Source of the DNA: Neolecta irregularis DAH-3
Taxonomy: Eukaryota
Length of the DNA stretch: 55,303 bases
Assembly: GCA_001929475.1 (NCBI GenBank)
Contig: LXFE01003037.1
Coordinates: 1 to 55,303 of the forward strand
Direction: 5' to 3'
Shown: positions 24,161-37,474 of the stretch, in pieces
Layout: the number at the start of each line of letters is the position of its first letter
Position numbering within the stretch: the first letter of the stretch is position 1
Position numbers and translations under genes: made by a program
Notes under the pieces: generated by a model
What the model was told of the DNA's origin: nothing
The model's database searches: none
Seen by the model: only the letters and a program-made list of their open reading frames with translations

Positions 24161-24841
24161 ATGGCAAAGAGACAATTCGTCCGCTGTCTCCCAGTGCGCA
24201 GGCTGCATATATCAAGGGTACTAGCAAGGAGCGAATGCTATATTCCCAAAGATTCCCACTACGATACCCTCGGTCTTCCATATTCTGCATCGACCAGGTC
24301 GATCAAGGCCAGATTCTACGAACTGTCCAAGAAATACCATCCGGACCGGAACAAAGAACCATCTGCCAGCGAGAAGTTCCTCCAAGTTAGCGAAGCATAT
24401 GGAGTAATCGGAAACACATCCAAGCGGAAAGACTACGATGTGTCGATACGATCAAAAGACCAGGGCTACTCGAGGAATCCTCAAGATCATCGCAATCAGG
24501 CTGGTGGAAGGCCTGCCAGTGGATTAAGTCGTCGAAAAATGAGAGTATATAGGTCTCCGCTGGACTTTTCTACTGCACCAGAGTCCAAATATACACAAGT
24601 ATCGCCGAATCACTTCAACTACGACAGGCATTACATGATGCATTATAAACATGAGCAGCTTCAGAAACAAAGGAGATATTCTCGTCAGAATCATCAGAAA
24701 ATGCATGATACGGAGACACAAAATGCAAGGGAAGAGCTAAACAGGGTTTTCGGCGTTTCAATCATCATTCTTTCTGTCATTGGGATTACTGGTTTCGTCT
24801 CGTATATAACCTCGACGAAGAAACATCAAGTGAAAAGCTGA
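24161..24841 (+). CDS. J-domain protein, probably mitochondrial, with C-terminal TM
   Basis: Arg-rich presequence, HYDTLGL...KYHPDRN, C-terminal hydrophobic segment. Confidence 0.85.
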   Translation: MAKRQFVRCLPVRRLHISRVLARSECYIPKDSHYDTLGLPYSASTRSIKARFYELSKKYHPDRNKEPSASEKFLQVSEAYGVIGNTSKRKDYDVSIRSKDQGYSRNPQDHRNQAGGRPASGLSRRKMRVYRSPLDFSTAPESKYTQVSPNHFNYDRHYMMHYKHEQLQKQRRYSRQNHQKMHDTETQNAREELNRVFGVSIIILSVIGITGFVSYITSTKKHQVKS

Positions 24842-24929
24842 CAGGTTCACCGAAAAATGCTGTACTCTACCGGATTCTCTTTCCTACAGCTCAATTAAAC
24901 ACATTCAATATCCGATGTATGTCATTCTA

Positions 24930-25922
24930 TCAACCCTCAAAAGTAAAAGACATTCCAACCTTATGGGATGGACCCTGGGGATTTTGCGTATCGATTTTGG
25001 CACCAACACCGACTTTGACACCAGGACGAAGGACTTGATTATATGAAATAGCGGCAATCCCAGAATTGTTGATTTTTCCCTGGTTGGGTTAGACTTTGCT
25101 GTCGAGAGGAAAGTACTTTGAGGAAGGTAGTAGGATCGAGGAGGTATTTTGAACCAACTTCAAGCGCCACACCTGGCGAAGCAGCCTTGCTGTCGTAGAT
25201 AGCTTTCGCTGCTGCCTCACTATCAAGTTAACTAGCGTGGTTGAGGACAAACGCATACACTTGATGACCAACTCTGTGGTAGTATGAGGCAGTGAAAACC
25301 TTTAAATTGTTTGAGGCTTGAACAGAGAGACTGTAAAGAGGAGAGATATAACCAACAGATCCACCATAGCCAGTTATTCGTCCATCGCCAAGATTATAGG
25401 CAATTTCGCCTCCAGCAACAAACCCATCGCTTCCAATGACAACATCTGCATTGATAACGGGACCTTTTAAAGCATTGACAAAGGCCCGAGCATGGCAAGG
25501 TGCTTGCTTGTGGAACACCGAAAATTTAGCGCAATCGAGAGCATTTTTATTTGGATTGTAAGTGGTAACCCCCTCTAGTTTGAGTCCTTTGGCGAGCTTA
25601 TCGTCGTATTCGACCTTGCTGTTGAGGATACCAGCGGTGTTCCAAATTGTAGTAAAGGAAAGTCCTTTTTGCTTGTCGGTATATTTTGTTTCAAGATCTC
25701 CAGCAATACTCCCGATTTTTGAATCTTGAGTCCCACGAACTGTAAATGCCTACAAACGAAGGTTATAACCGTTAAATACCAAATGGAGATACATACCACG
25801 CCATTGGGAGCAACAGTCTTTATTTCGAGTTTTGTATCCTGGACAGGAAAATCCTTGCTCAAAAGGTCGGAAGCAGCCTTAGCTATGTCCTTGTAGTTAG
25901 GAGGCACAGTGGTGAAACTCAT
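24930..25922 (-). CDS. POR1: Mitochondrial porin (VDAC)
   Basis: PPNYKDIAKAASDLLSKDFP, KINNSGIAAISYNQVLRPGVKVGVG, HKVGMSFTFEG*. Confidence 0.95.
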
Positions 25923-26786
25923 ATTTTCTAGAAGCTCGATCAGCGGTAGGACAAGGCTGCGAAAGCAGACATACGCCTGAGAAGTTTGGTGGAGGAGACG
26001 GAGCACTTTGCCAGAAGACTACTAGTATGTTTTTTCCGGTTTCCACCTAAGACCATCTTAAAGCTCTGCGTGAAACACTACACGAACTTCTCATATTCCA
26101 ATTAGACATGGAGATTAATTCCCACACAGGAGTCAAGGACAAAAACATGCTTGCTGAAAATGGAAAACATCTAGTAGCATCTTGACAGCTCGAAATATAC
26201 GTATTCGCCATATATTCTCAGTAGAGATAGAAGATTAAGGGAAACCAGCACCGACATACTAGTACGATATCTGAACAGTTTGTCGGCACTGCGATCCTTT
26301 CAGGCTAAGTGCATACTAATAACTGTAGCGAAGAGTCATTAGATAGCAAGGCACTCATGATGAAATCAGCCACGCTTTTGGAGGGGACGGTCATCAAATA
26401 TATAATAAGCATGTAAGCCCGCAGTATGATGCGCATCGTGTCAATGGTACTGTTGACTATTATTCTCGCTAATGACTGTATTTCAATTTGTTAATCAAGC
26501 TCTGTCCCTTATTTGAGGATTATTTGGACCCAAGATGATTTATTGGTTGTTTCGCGTGGAACTGGGAATAACTCATCTGATATGATGCAGGGATTTCCAT
26601 CTAGTGAGGGATCACACAGGGAAGGATATAAATGACCACTCGACATTCGACATTCGCCATGCAATTTCGATTACTCAATTCTTGAAATCCTGAGAGAAAA
26701 ACGACAGACAAATATTGAGTCAAGGCGATGCCCAAGTAGAATTGCCAGAGATATGATATGAAACTCCTGAGAATCTTGCAAATCGC

Positions 26787-27238
26787 CTAGACCAACAAAG
26801 AGGCCCAACCTCCTAGGATTAGTAACCCGCCTATCGGGGTTATTGGTCCAAGGACTTTCTTGAACTGTGGCAATGTTGTCAAAGCAAATATACTTCCACT
26901 AAAGAGAGCTGTTCCGATAGAAAATAGACCAATTGTAGCGGCGCTTTTACCAAACCGCGGATGCGCAGATAATGCAACAATGGTGATCCCATGCAACAGC
27001 ATATACTGAGATCCAGTAACAAATGCCTTGTATGGACAGTCAGTCTACATCCTTTCAAGGACTATCACCGGTAGATACCTTGATAATGTTTTGGTCGGTT
27101 ATCCGTTTCTGAAGACCATGTGCTCCGAAGGCGCCAGAAGCCACTCCGATAAAGCCTGTTGGACATAGTCAATTGAGGTTACATACAGGGCACACAACCA
27201 TATGCTGCGCCAATCTTGAATGCTGTAGAAGAGAGCAT
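26787..27238 (-). CDS. DUF423/TMEM256 small membrane protein
   Basis: GAFGAHGL, QYMLLHG, LFSGSIFAL, LGPITPIGG. Confidence 0.88.
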
Positions 27239-27376
27239 CTGTTGCGTTGGTGATATCAGTGTCTGTTTGGATGACGAATAGTGCCGCAGTTCATATTTAA
27301 ATATCTTGTTTCCCGACTTCTATTTTTCTTTACCCACCATCTACCCTTGTCCTCAGTTCCGTCTATTCTGTTCAAT

Positions 27377-29907
27377 ATGGTCAAATCTGCAGTCCTCGGA
27401 TTTCCCAGAATGGGTAAGTCTTTCATTCTGGTAATTGATACTAACACACAGGTCCTAACCGAGAGCTCAAAAAAGCTCTTGAAGCCCATTGGGCGGGAAA
27501 GTTCTCCGAAGCTGAGCTTCAGCAAGCTGCAAAGGATCTCAGACTTCAAAACTGGCAGTTGCAAAAATCGCAGGGTGTTGATATCATCCCGAGCAATGAT
27601 TTCAGTTTCTACGATCAAGTTTTAGATCATTCAGTCTTGTTTAACGTTATCCCCAAACGATATCAAGACGAAAAATTGAGTTTCATGCAAAGATATTTCG
27701 CTATGGCTCGTGGTAACTCCACACTCCCTAGTCAAGAAATGGTCAAATGGTTTGGTACACTTTCTCCAATTACTGGAAAAACAACATTCTTATAGATTGT
27801 AGATTCAAACTATCACTTTATGCGACCGGAATTCAGTAACTCGACTGAATTTAAGTTAGTCGGCACTAAACCAATTGATGAATTCCTGGAAGCCAAAGAA
27901 GCTCATATTTTGACGCGGCCAGTTGTCATTGGCCCTGTCTCTTTCCTCTATCTCGGCAAAGCTGAGAAGGGTTCACAAGGTCTCGATCCAATCTCTCTTA
28001 TTAACAAACTCTTGCCCGTTTACGAGGACCTTTTCAGAAAACTCGCTGCAGCTGGCGCCGATTGGATTCAGGTAGACGAGGCTATTCTTGTTTATGATCT
28101 CCCAGAAAAAGTACGAGCTGCCTTCAAGCCCGCTTATGAACGACTCTCAAAAGCCGCCAATGTCAAGATACTCTTCACCACTTACTTCGGGGATCTAGGA
28201 AACAACGTGGATATTATCAATGGACTACCAGTTGCTGGTGTCCACCTGGATCTCGTCCGAGCTCCGGGTCAATTGGGATCTATTTTGTCCTTGCTGAACG
28301 ACAGCCAAATACTTTCAGCTGGTGTTGTAGATGGTCGAAATATCTGGAAGACAAACTTCAAGTCTGCAATTGAGATAGTCGAGACAGCAATTAAAAAATT
28401 TGGCAAAGATCGAATCATTGTTGCATCTTCTTCATCTCTTCTTCACACTCCTCATACCCTTGATAGCGAAAAGAAGATCTCTGAGGAAATCAAGGACTGG
28501 TTCTCCTTTGCTGTAGAAAAGGCCAAAGAGCTTTCCATTATTGCAAAAGCTGTGACCAACGGCCCAGATTCCGTTCGATCGGAGCTGAACAACAATACAA
28601 AATCAATCGAAGCTCGAAAATGCTCCAAAATTACAAATGATCCGGCAGTTAGAGAGCGACAATCCAGCGTTACCCAAGATATGCATCAACGAAAATCGGA
28701 ATTCTCTGCGCGAAATAAAGAACAGAAACAACGTCTCCAGTTGCCGCTGTTTCCGACAACTACCATCGGCTCTTTTCCTCAAACCAAAGAGATTCGATTG
28801 GCTCGAAATAAGTTTAGGAAAGGTGAAATTACGGAGCAAGAATACGACTCGTTTATTGAGAAGGAGATCCAAGCTGTTGTAAAGTTTCAAGAAGAAATTG
28901 GTCTTGATGTCCTCGTTCATGGAGAACCCGAAGTATAGCAGCTGCATTCAATCTATAGATTACTAATTTGTTAGCGAAATGACATGGTTCAGTATTTTGG
29001 AGAAAAACTGAATGGGTTCGTGTTCACGCAAAACGCCTGGGTTCAGAGCTACGGATCCCGATGTGTACAGCCACCACTGATCGTTGGAGATATCAGCCGT
29101 CCAAAAGAAATGACTGTCAAAGAATCCAAATATGCTCAATCAATTACCAACAAGCCAAGTAAGTACATTGCGATTCCTTGGAAAATGCTTACAATACCAG
29201 TGAAAGCCATGCTTACTGGACCTGTCACTATTCTTGCTTGGTCTTTCCCTCGTGATGACATTCCCAGAAGCGTTCAATGCCAACAGCTTGCTTTGGCTTT
29301 ACGAGATGAGATCCTCGACCTAGAGAAAGCTGGTCTCAAGGTAATCCAAGTCGATGAACCTGCTCTACGGGAGACTTGTCCGCTCAGGAAGAAAGATTTC
29401 CCAGCCTACCTCGAATGGGCTGTCAATGCATTCCGTCTTGCAACTGCCGGTGTCGAGAATGACACCCAAATTCACAGTCATTTCTGTTACGTACGAGTAG
29501 CATCAATCTCTTAGCTGATATTACAAGTCCGATTTTAACGAGATATTTGATGCTATTCGATGTCTTGATGCTGACGTCGTTTCTATTGAAAACTCAAAAT
29601 CTGATCTCAAACTTCTAAGCGTCTTCGATTCGCAAAACTATCCTGCATGTATCGGACCAGGCATATGGGATGTTCATTCTCCTCGAGTTGCTCTACTGGA
29701 GGAAATTCAAGATAGAGTTAGAGAAATCCTTAAACGAGTTCCGGCGGAAAGTTTATGGATTAACCCTGATTGCGGTAATATCGATAATCACAGGAGACTG
29801 CTGATTATGACTTAGGTCTCAAAACTCGCAACTGGGAAGAGACTGAAGCTTCGCTCAAAAATATGGTCGCAGCCGCACGTAGCGCTCGAGAAGAATATAA
29901 AGCTTGA
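27377..29907 (+). CDS. MET6: Cobalamin-independent methionine synthase
   Basis: [59 protein letters not shown]. Confidence 0.97.
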
Positions 29908-30174
29908 TTAGTTTTCTTCACTTGTACATCCTGCGTTTCTCACTGCAATGCTGACAATCTAGGATTCAACATCTTGAAATCGTGCATATAAATTTGTTTA
30001 CTTGTTCAACCAAAATTGGAGTAGATTGTCTGCAACGTAAAACTGGAGTTCGCTATATTAATATCACGAGACCTCTTCAAGCAAGTCTCATGACTGATCG
30101 TGATGTTAGTAGAACGCGGTGAATACTTCATCTGATTTATTTATAAGTTCAATTTATGTTCACCCAGAGAGTGG

Positions 30175-30820
30175 ATGACTTCACAACCTCCATTTCAAAA
30201 TCTTTATCACCTGCGACACGCCGCTCACGAGAAGCCATGTTATGTATGTATGAAAGGGTAAATATTTTCTGTCTCAAAGGTCGCTGTAAACTTAGAACAA
30301 CTATAGTCTTGATTACCCCAGATTCGAAAGACTGGTTTTATGCTGTACGTCATGGAAGCAGCCTCAATTGATCATGCCAGTGTAAAGGCCATCTGGTCGA
30401 TCGCAATTTTGCATTACCGGTAGTCGACAGAGAAGAAGAAGAACGGATCGCCAAAGAGAAGGAAATTGCTAGAGTAAAGATAGAATGGGAGGAGAAGAAA
30501 GCGAAGAAAGCCAAAACTAAAGTTGAAAAATCCAAAGACACAGCAGAAAATTCGTTGAATAAGAGCGACTCTGAAGAAAAGACTGAAGGAAGACTTGGAG
30601 GAAAACTCGATGAAACACCTGCAGAGGATAAACCCAAAGAAAACAGAATCTACATACTCAATCGAGAAGTGCCAATATGGAAGAGACGAGTACTAATATT
30701 CAGGTTTACGGGATGAGAACGAATCGAATCAGGCAAGCACAGAATGCAAAAAAAGTCCACGAAGCATACAAATCTCTCGATAGTCTACCAAGTGCACCAA
30801 AACATAAACCTGGGGAATGA
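30175..30820 (+). CDS. VFA1: Vps4-associated protein 1 (DUF1742) family
   Basis: FQNLYHLR..KPCYVC, TTIVLITPDSKDWFYA, C..HLVDRNFA, Lys/Glu-rich middle region. Confidence 0.75.
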
Positions 30821-30862
30821 TGTTTACTATTACATACAACACGATCTCAATATATGCTTCCG

Positions 30863-32032
30863 TCACCTCCGTTCAATCTCGTCGACCTTTGCCCTCTGAA
30901 GTGTAATTGCCGGAGTAACCCATTCTGAACAACTACACTTCATGCCCTGCCACCCGTAATAACCAACTTTCGAATTACATTTGGGGCAGTCCAAACGCCC
31001 GCCAAGCTTACCCTTTTCCAGCTCTGTTTGCATCCACTTGAGTGGCTCCAGAAAGTAATGCGTGCATTTCGAAGATAGGAGCGATCCTTTCAACACATTG
31101 GGAACTTCTGGTGTATTGTCGTTTTTGGGCTTGTGAGTGAAAATGTGGGATTCAAATGCCAACAGTCGACTATACATAAGATCATGGAACAAACCTGAGG
31201 ATATTACCGACACTTCTTGCATTTCAGCTCATTGCCACCTCCAGCCGTAGCAGTTATGTCAGCGTACGACTTTAAAATAGGCGGTCGAACTTTTGGTAAA
31301 TTTTACACCAACGGAAAATATTCTTACAATTCGGGTTGAACGCATCATTTCTGAATTTCCATTGCCGATAGATAGGATTCTCCGGACGAGGATGATAGTG
31401 ACATTTCTCATATATCTCGAGCTGTTGCATGAAACCTAAAACCATGAGAAAGTATCACAATTAATAGATACCCTCGTTGGGATGAATTTGTGGCCGTGCG
31501 CTACGAATCATGGATAAGGCTTTTTCTGAAGAAATAGAATTGCGCTGCATGAGATATGCCGCTAAAACTGTGGCACTCCTATGAAATAGTCAGCGTCGAT
31601 CCTTGATGATAAGGATACCTTGAGACTCCTGCAAAGCAATGAATCAGAACCCTTCCATTGGAGTCCAGTACGTCTTGTATATAATCGTTACACTGCTCGA
31701 AATGATCTATCAAATTGAACCCAACAGTGTCTTCTGCCGCGATAATGAGATTCTTTCGTTTAACCTTCCAGAATAAGCTGAAAAAATTCGGTTGAATGCA
31801 GACCAATTGATTTCCAGCCAATAGCGAATCCTTTACAGTGTTTAGAACCGAAAGTACATGCGTGATCCCAACCTCATCTAGAGCCTCTCTGTCTGTTATG
31901 AGAACCTCGACAGATTGAGGATGAGGAGAACCAACATTCCTTTTAGAGCCAAGAGCCTACAAATCATGAGATTGGTGAAATCCACCAAAAGGAGTACCCT
32001 CCAATATAGATTCCGTCTACAACCTTTTGCAT
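30863..32032 (-). CDS. YVH1: Dual-specificity phosphatase with C-terminal Zn-binding domain
   Basis: VLIHCFAGVSRSAT, CTHYFLEPLKWM, CPKCNSKVGYYGWQGMKCSCSEWVTPA. Confidence 0.92.
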
Positions 32033-32197
32033 TTCTGAGTCGACAAGTGTAGACAAGGAACCTTTGCAGAGACGAAACTGGTAGAACAGTTGGGTAGAGA
32101 GGCCTATTTCTGAAGGAGACGTCCGACGTCAACTGCTCTGTCGTCTCCCTTCAAAACCACACTAGATACGGCGACTTTACGATACATCATTTGCACA

Positions 32198-33582
32198 ATG
32201 GCTGTAAACAAAGATGAAGCGCTGAGGTTCTCAATGGCCCATTTATTCTCGCTAAGCACTCTTTAGATGTCTTGAAATTGCAAGAAATAAACTATCCATG
32301 GGAGAACGCGATGCTTCTATCAGATTTACTCGGAAATCTCTCAATCTACATTCCACAACAGAAGCAGAAGATTTTCTACAATATCTATTGTCCCATGCAG
32401 AAGGACATGCTGCGACGTCGTCTACAGAACCTTTCGATAAATCCTCGTCGAAACATCGGTCGGTGCCAGCGACAAAGGGGGCAAAACCAGAACCCCAAAT
32501 AAGGTATCCCTGTAAAATTTGACCCGGTTGTCCTCTCCGCTGACATGATTCTAAATAGGGAATTCACAGTGGAACAAGAGAGACTTGTGGGGCGTATTCG
32601 GAAATGCAAAAAAGACAAGTTCTACGATATTATGGATCTTAAACCCGAAGCAACTGAAGTCGAAATCAAAAAAGCATATAAGAAGCTCGCGTTACAGCTG
32701 CATCCTGATAAAAACGCCGCGCCAAGAGCCGACGAAGCGTTCAAGAGTTTGTTTGTACTGCGCGGAAATAGTATTGACGAGTAGTGGTTTCGCATGCTTT
32801 TCAAGTACTGAACAATCCGGATAAACGGGCTATATATGATCGAAGCGGAATGGACCCAGGTGCAAGAGGGGCTAGTGGTTCACCATCTGGATTTTCGAAT
32901 GCGTTTGCGAATGCGAGGAGAAATGGAGGAAGCCCCATGTTTACCGAAGAATTATCTCCAGAGGATCTGTTCAACATGTTTTTTGGAAGCGGTACAGTGT
33001 TATTCATATAGCTTTGTTAATATCACAGGTATGGGTGCATTTGGTTCTGGGTTCGGAGGAGGTGCCTTTGGGACTCCGGGGATTCGTATACAGACATTTG
33101 GCAGGGCACCACGCAGACAACATACTGCTACTCAAAATCAAACACAAAACCAAGAAAACGGCACAATCTCTCAAGTATTGCCACTGTTGATAGTATTGCT
33201 TTTTTCCCTCCTCTCGTCGTTATTTTCAGGAGAATGGTCGTTCGGTGGTAGCGGTCCTTCTCAACCTGCCTTTGCTTTTCACCCTCGTTCGCCATATACT
33301 CAAATGCGCACAACGCCTCGGCATAGCATTCATTTTTATGTCGATCCTAAAGAAATAAATTCATTATCCGAGTTTAAACTATCACAGCTAGACAAAACGG
33401 CGGAACTAGCATACATTAACGGTCTGAAACATGACTGCGAATTGGAATATACTCGCAAAAGGAGAGTTTTAGAGGAGGCAGAAGGATGGTTCTCGAGGGA
33501 TGAAGAAATGTATCGGAAAGCAAAGAGTATGAAGACGCCTAATTGCCAAAGACTGGATGAATTGGGATACTCTCTTCAATAG
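32198..33582 (+). CDS. HLJ1: ER membrane J-protein (DNAJB12/Hlj1 type, DUF1977)
   Basis: MAVNKDEALRC, LQLHPDKN, SPEDLFNMFFG, TM segment, C-terminal Cys-containing DUF1977. Confidence 0.85.
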
Positions 33583-33778
33583 TAGGTCGGAGTTTCTGAG
33601 TTTGGACTAGAATATCTACATATACAATATTTGGTTTCGAAGAGCCCCACCATTGCAAGAGAAACTTGTGCAATGACCTCATGCTCCTTATTATTAATGG
33701 TGTATAATGTGTGTTAGTAGTTTTAAATGCGTAAATGTACAACTATATATCCCAAGAAAGAAAAAATGCATAATTAGT

Positions 33779-35831
33779 TTAAAATCGTCGAGGTTGCCCT
33801 TGTTCACTATCCCTACGATCCACATCGAATATTGGCGAATCGGAAACGAATTCATCTAGTTCATTGATCTCGTCGTCTTCATTCATCAAGCCAGAACGAT
33901 CCCTTTTATGTTGCCATAAACCTCGTTCTCGTTTCGCTTGGCGCCAGATATACCAGCCTAGAAGCCCGACTGCCATGATCACGACGACCAAGGCAATACT
34001 CCCGGCTCTGGAATATGCCTTTTGAGTGACTGTTTCGAGTTTTGTGGAATTCTTAGAGTCTGCCGGAGCGGGAGAGGTATTTAGGGATAGGGGATTGAGG
34101 TTGCTTCCAACTGTACTTTCTTTAATGTGATCAGATAAAGAAGTAACATTGACGCCCATAAATCTGTTGATCATATCAAGAGCACGATCAGGGTAGTCGA
34201 ATGCAACCATGTGGCTTGCATTGAAGAACAAGATGTTTGTTAGGTTTTTCGAGTATTGCCAGTATCCGACTTCTTCTGTGTCAATAAACCATCGTTCTCG
34301 GGGTGCCCAAACTCCCGCTGAATCCTGGAGCCCTTTCGAACTTCCCCATTCCATATTATGAATCATATTTTCGATCCCAATATGGTTGCAAATTATATCT
34401 TTGTCACCGCTGTTCATTTAGTATGCAAATAATACATGGTATCATACTTGAACAACACAATGGGTATCTGCTGGAGTAGTTCGGGGAATAATTCGGAAGA
34501 TGGTCTAGAATTGGACGCTTTAAATGTCGAGGTAACTCCACCGGCACATTCAACCCATCCGGTCTTTTTGTCGGCATTGATATGTAAAGCACTCTTCACA
34601 TCATCTTTCTAAAAAGATCAATCAGCTTTGCAAAATCTACACACCCTAAGATAAGGGACAAGATTTGCCAAATCAGGAGGCCAATTATTTCCGCAAGCAG
34701 GAAAATCATCTTTTAACCGATGATCGTAAAAATTAGTACACATAGACTTCCCGTTTTCGCTATGGTATGAGCGGAAAAGTACAGCGAAGCAGCCACATAC
34801 TCTGTTTTGGTAGCATCCAGAATCATGGTGAGAATAGCCTCACATGTAGGCGAGGAAATAGAAAAGTTGTTCTCGAGAGAGAGGGCACATTGCGTAGATT
34901 TATCGTTGATGGCAGCGAAACCTTCAGTGCTGTTGTCGATGATTCCATTTTGAAGCGAATATGAGAGATACGCTGGGTACTGTGTTTTCGGATCCATCCA
35001 CCCGTTTCCAATTAACAGACCTTTTATATTGAACTTCTAAACAAGTTAATCGACCATTATTACAGCGAGTGGAAAAACAAACTCTATGTGAAGAAGTGCT
35101 TTCGTTTCTATGAAGAAGAGCTTTAGCGAAATGAGGGATATATTGCCCAGCGTAGCTTTCTCCGCTAATATAAATCTATGATCGTTGGACGAGTAATGAT
35201 CAGGGGAAACATACATCGTCATCTTCAAAATGGGGAAAAAGATCCATGAATTTATCAAGAAAGTCCACGAAGGCAGAAGCAGCCTGTCATCAGCAAACAT
35301 GCCCAAGTTCAGATAGAATAATCAACCTCGTCAAGATCATGCAAATAGCTATCGGTATTGATATAACTGAACCCCGTCCCGTAGGGCTGATCCACAAACA
35401 GCAAATGGGCGAACTGATGCCATGAGTATTTGTTTTCACGTAATTCGTCAGCAGACGTTGTTCGAAACGGGCCGATTTCCATGAGCGCACCGTCCATACT
35501 AGAACAACCTGGTCCGCCGTTAAGCCAAATAATGGTCCGTGGTCGATCTGCCAAATGGCGATTTTCGATACTCCAAAAAAACAGATTTGCGTTTTTTGTT
35601 GCATCTAGCTCGATATGGCTTTCCTTGTATGAGCTGTCACTTATCCTGAGTAGTTGGGATACCCTGCGTGCATTTTCGGGTGAAAATCTGGGGGTTGACC
35701 GGGTATTGATTTAACATGGTATTCTGAAGCTGCGAGTGTGAGATCAAACGTCCATAGACCTTGATACCTGTTTTAGAGAACGAAAAAGACAACGATGATA
35801 GCAGTAAAAGAACTAAGGGGGGAAATCTCAT
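33779..35831 (-). CDS. KEX1: Pheromone-processing serine carboxypeptidase
   Basis: Signal peptide, [37 protein letters not shown] and acidic cytosolic tail. Confidence 0.92.
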
Positions 35832-35985
35832 CTGTGTGAGTGTCAAAAAGGGGTGATACGAAGTCGAAGACGAGTCACTAAAATGCCGATGTGGTTCAAG
35901 GTTTGAGGTCTACTTGAGAATATTTCAAAGGTAATTCTAAACACTAAAATACAAACTCCAAGGCAATCAAGATCCACAAATGGGG

Positions 35986-37300
35986 TCAACGTTTATTCCC
36001 ATTCTTTTTCTTAACCTTGAGGATTAGTTGGCACAAGGGATTCTCTTATACCTCTTCGTCTTTTGTAGGGTGGAGCATGACTTTGTTTGGAAGACTGGGA
36101 CTATTCTTTTGGTATCCCTTGGATAATGAGCAAAGAAAAGAAATGCATCAAACCTGACTCCAATCGTAGCTGATAGCATAGGCATATATAGTACCATTCC
36201 TGTTGAAAGTGGTTGCAGAAATAGGTCCCCCGACAGACTGATTATAGCCCTTTAATCTATGCTTGGAATCTTTATCCCTGCATGTCTCAGGCGACTGCTA
36301 ACAGAAGAGAGTACCAAAAGTTTATTGTTCCATCAGAGCCTGCGGTTGCAAATGTGCCATGCTGGGGATGAAAGGAGATAGCGTTAACGCTCCAAACCTT
36401 GAGGGTCTGTTTCGAAGTGGAATATCCGGCTGGACTGCTATCTCGATGACATTTGAATGAAAAGTTCCCTCTATCCAAGTTCAACGTGGTTCATGAAAGG
36501 GTAGTGCATACGAGGCCTTGCTATCTTCGATATACTGAATACCACACCTGCCTTCGATACTGCCCACTGCAAAGCCGGAGGCATCAGGGAAACACGTGAC
36601 GACTCTGGTCTGCCATTTCAACGGGCTGTCCATGGTCTTGTGGATCTGGACGCTCCGCAGGTCGACGACCACTATTTTCTTTTCTGCAGTGCCGACGACG
36701 AGCAATTGATTTGCGGCATCCATGGCATAGCAGCGCTCGGGCAGCTGGAGAGTTGCAGCAGGCTGGGACTGGCGGAGGTCCCAGAATTTCAGGGTCTTGT
36801 CCCAGGAACCGGTGGCTAGACACTGGCCGGACGGAGTGTTTACGAAGCGCACGTTCCTAATGGGGGCATCGTGCGCGGCTACCTGTTGGGCCTGGCCGGA
36901 CTGCAGATCGAAGAGGCGAGCGGCCTTGTCTGCACCGCCAGAGGCAACTTTTGTGCCGTCCTTGGAAGGTCAGGACAGGAGCAAATGCAGACGAGGGTCG
37001 TACAAAAGACCAGTGGGTGGAGAAGACGGCAGCCTCGTGCGAATAGAGGGCCTTGCCTGAGCTCTGGCCTGTAGGCTGGATGTCGTAGATGCGGGTGTTG
37101 TTGTCCCAGGAGGAAACTGCGAGGAAATCTGCGTGAGGGGAGAAGGCGAGGTCTGTGATTCCATCTCCGGGCGGGTCAGCGAGCTGTATGCGTCAGATTG
37201 CAACAGGGCAGCAGGATACGGCAAAGTCTGAGGCCAGCTCTGGAGATGCGGTGGTTGTGGCCGATGCTGCGGGTGTAGTAGACGACCCAAACAGCGACAT
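35986..37300 (-). CDS. RAE1: mRNA export factor Rae1/Gle2 (WD40)
   Basis: ATGSWDKTLKFWDLR, SPLKWQTR, GSIEGRC, FSFKCHR, YAISYDWS. Confidence 0.93.
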
Positions 37301-37346
37301 GGTGGAGAGTTTTGGGAGTAGCAGAGAACAGTCGACTCCCAATTCT

Positions 37347-37394
37347 GCCTTGCACCTACCTGCACTCAAATCCGGCCTTGCACCTACCTGCACT
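37347..37394. promoter_or_regulatory. 20-nt direct repeat in the divergent promoter between RAE1 and the adjacent gene
   Basis: gccttgcacctacctgcact at 37347-37366 and 37375-37394; regulatory role is inferred from position only. Confidence 0.55.
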
Positions 37395-37474
37395 GCGCTT
37401 CACTTGCAGTATCTACACTCGCCCTCGTACTACTCGAATTGCGCCTGTACTTGCCCTACGCTACTCTCACCGCC

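Noticed and set aside
26357-26580. Box C/D snoRNA (ATGATGA ... CTGA)
   Set aside because: Boxes are about 220 nt apart with no recognisable rRNA guide or terminal stem
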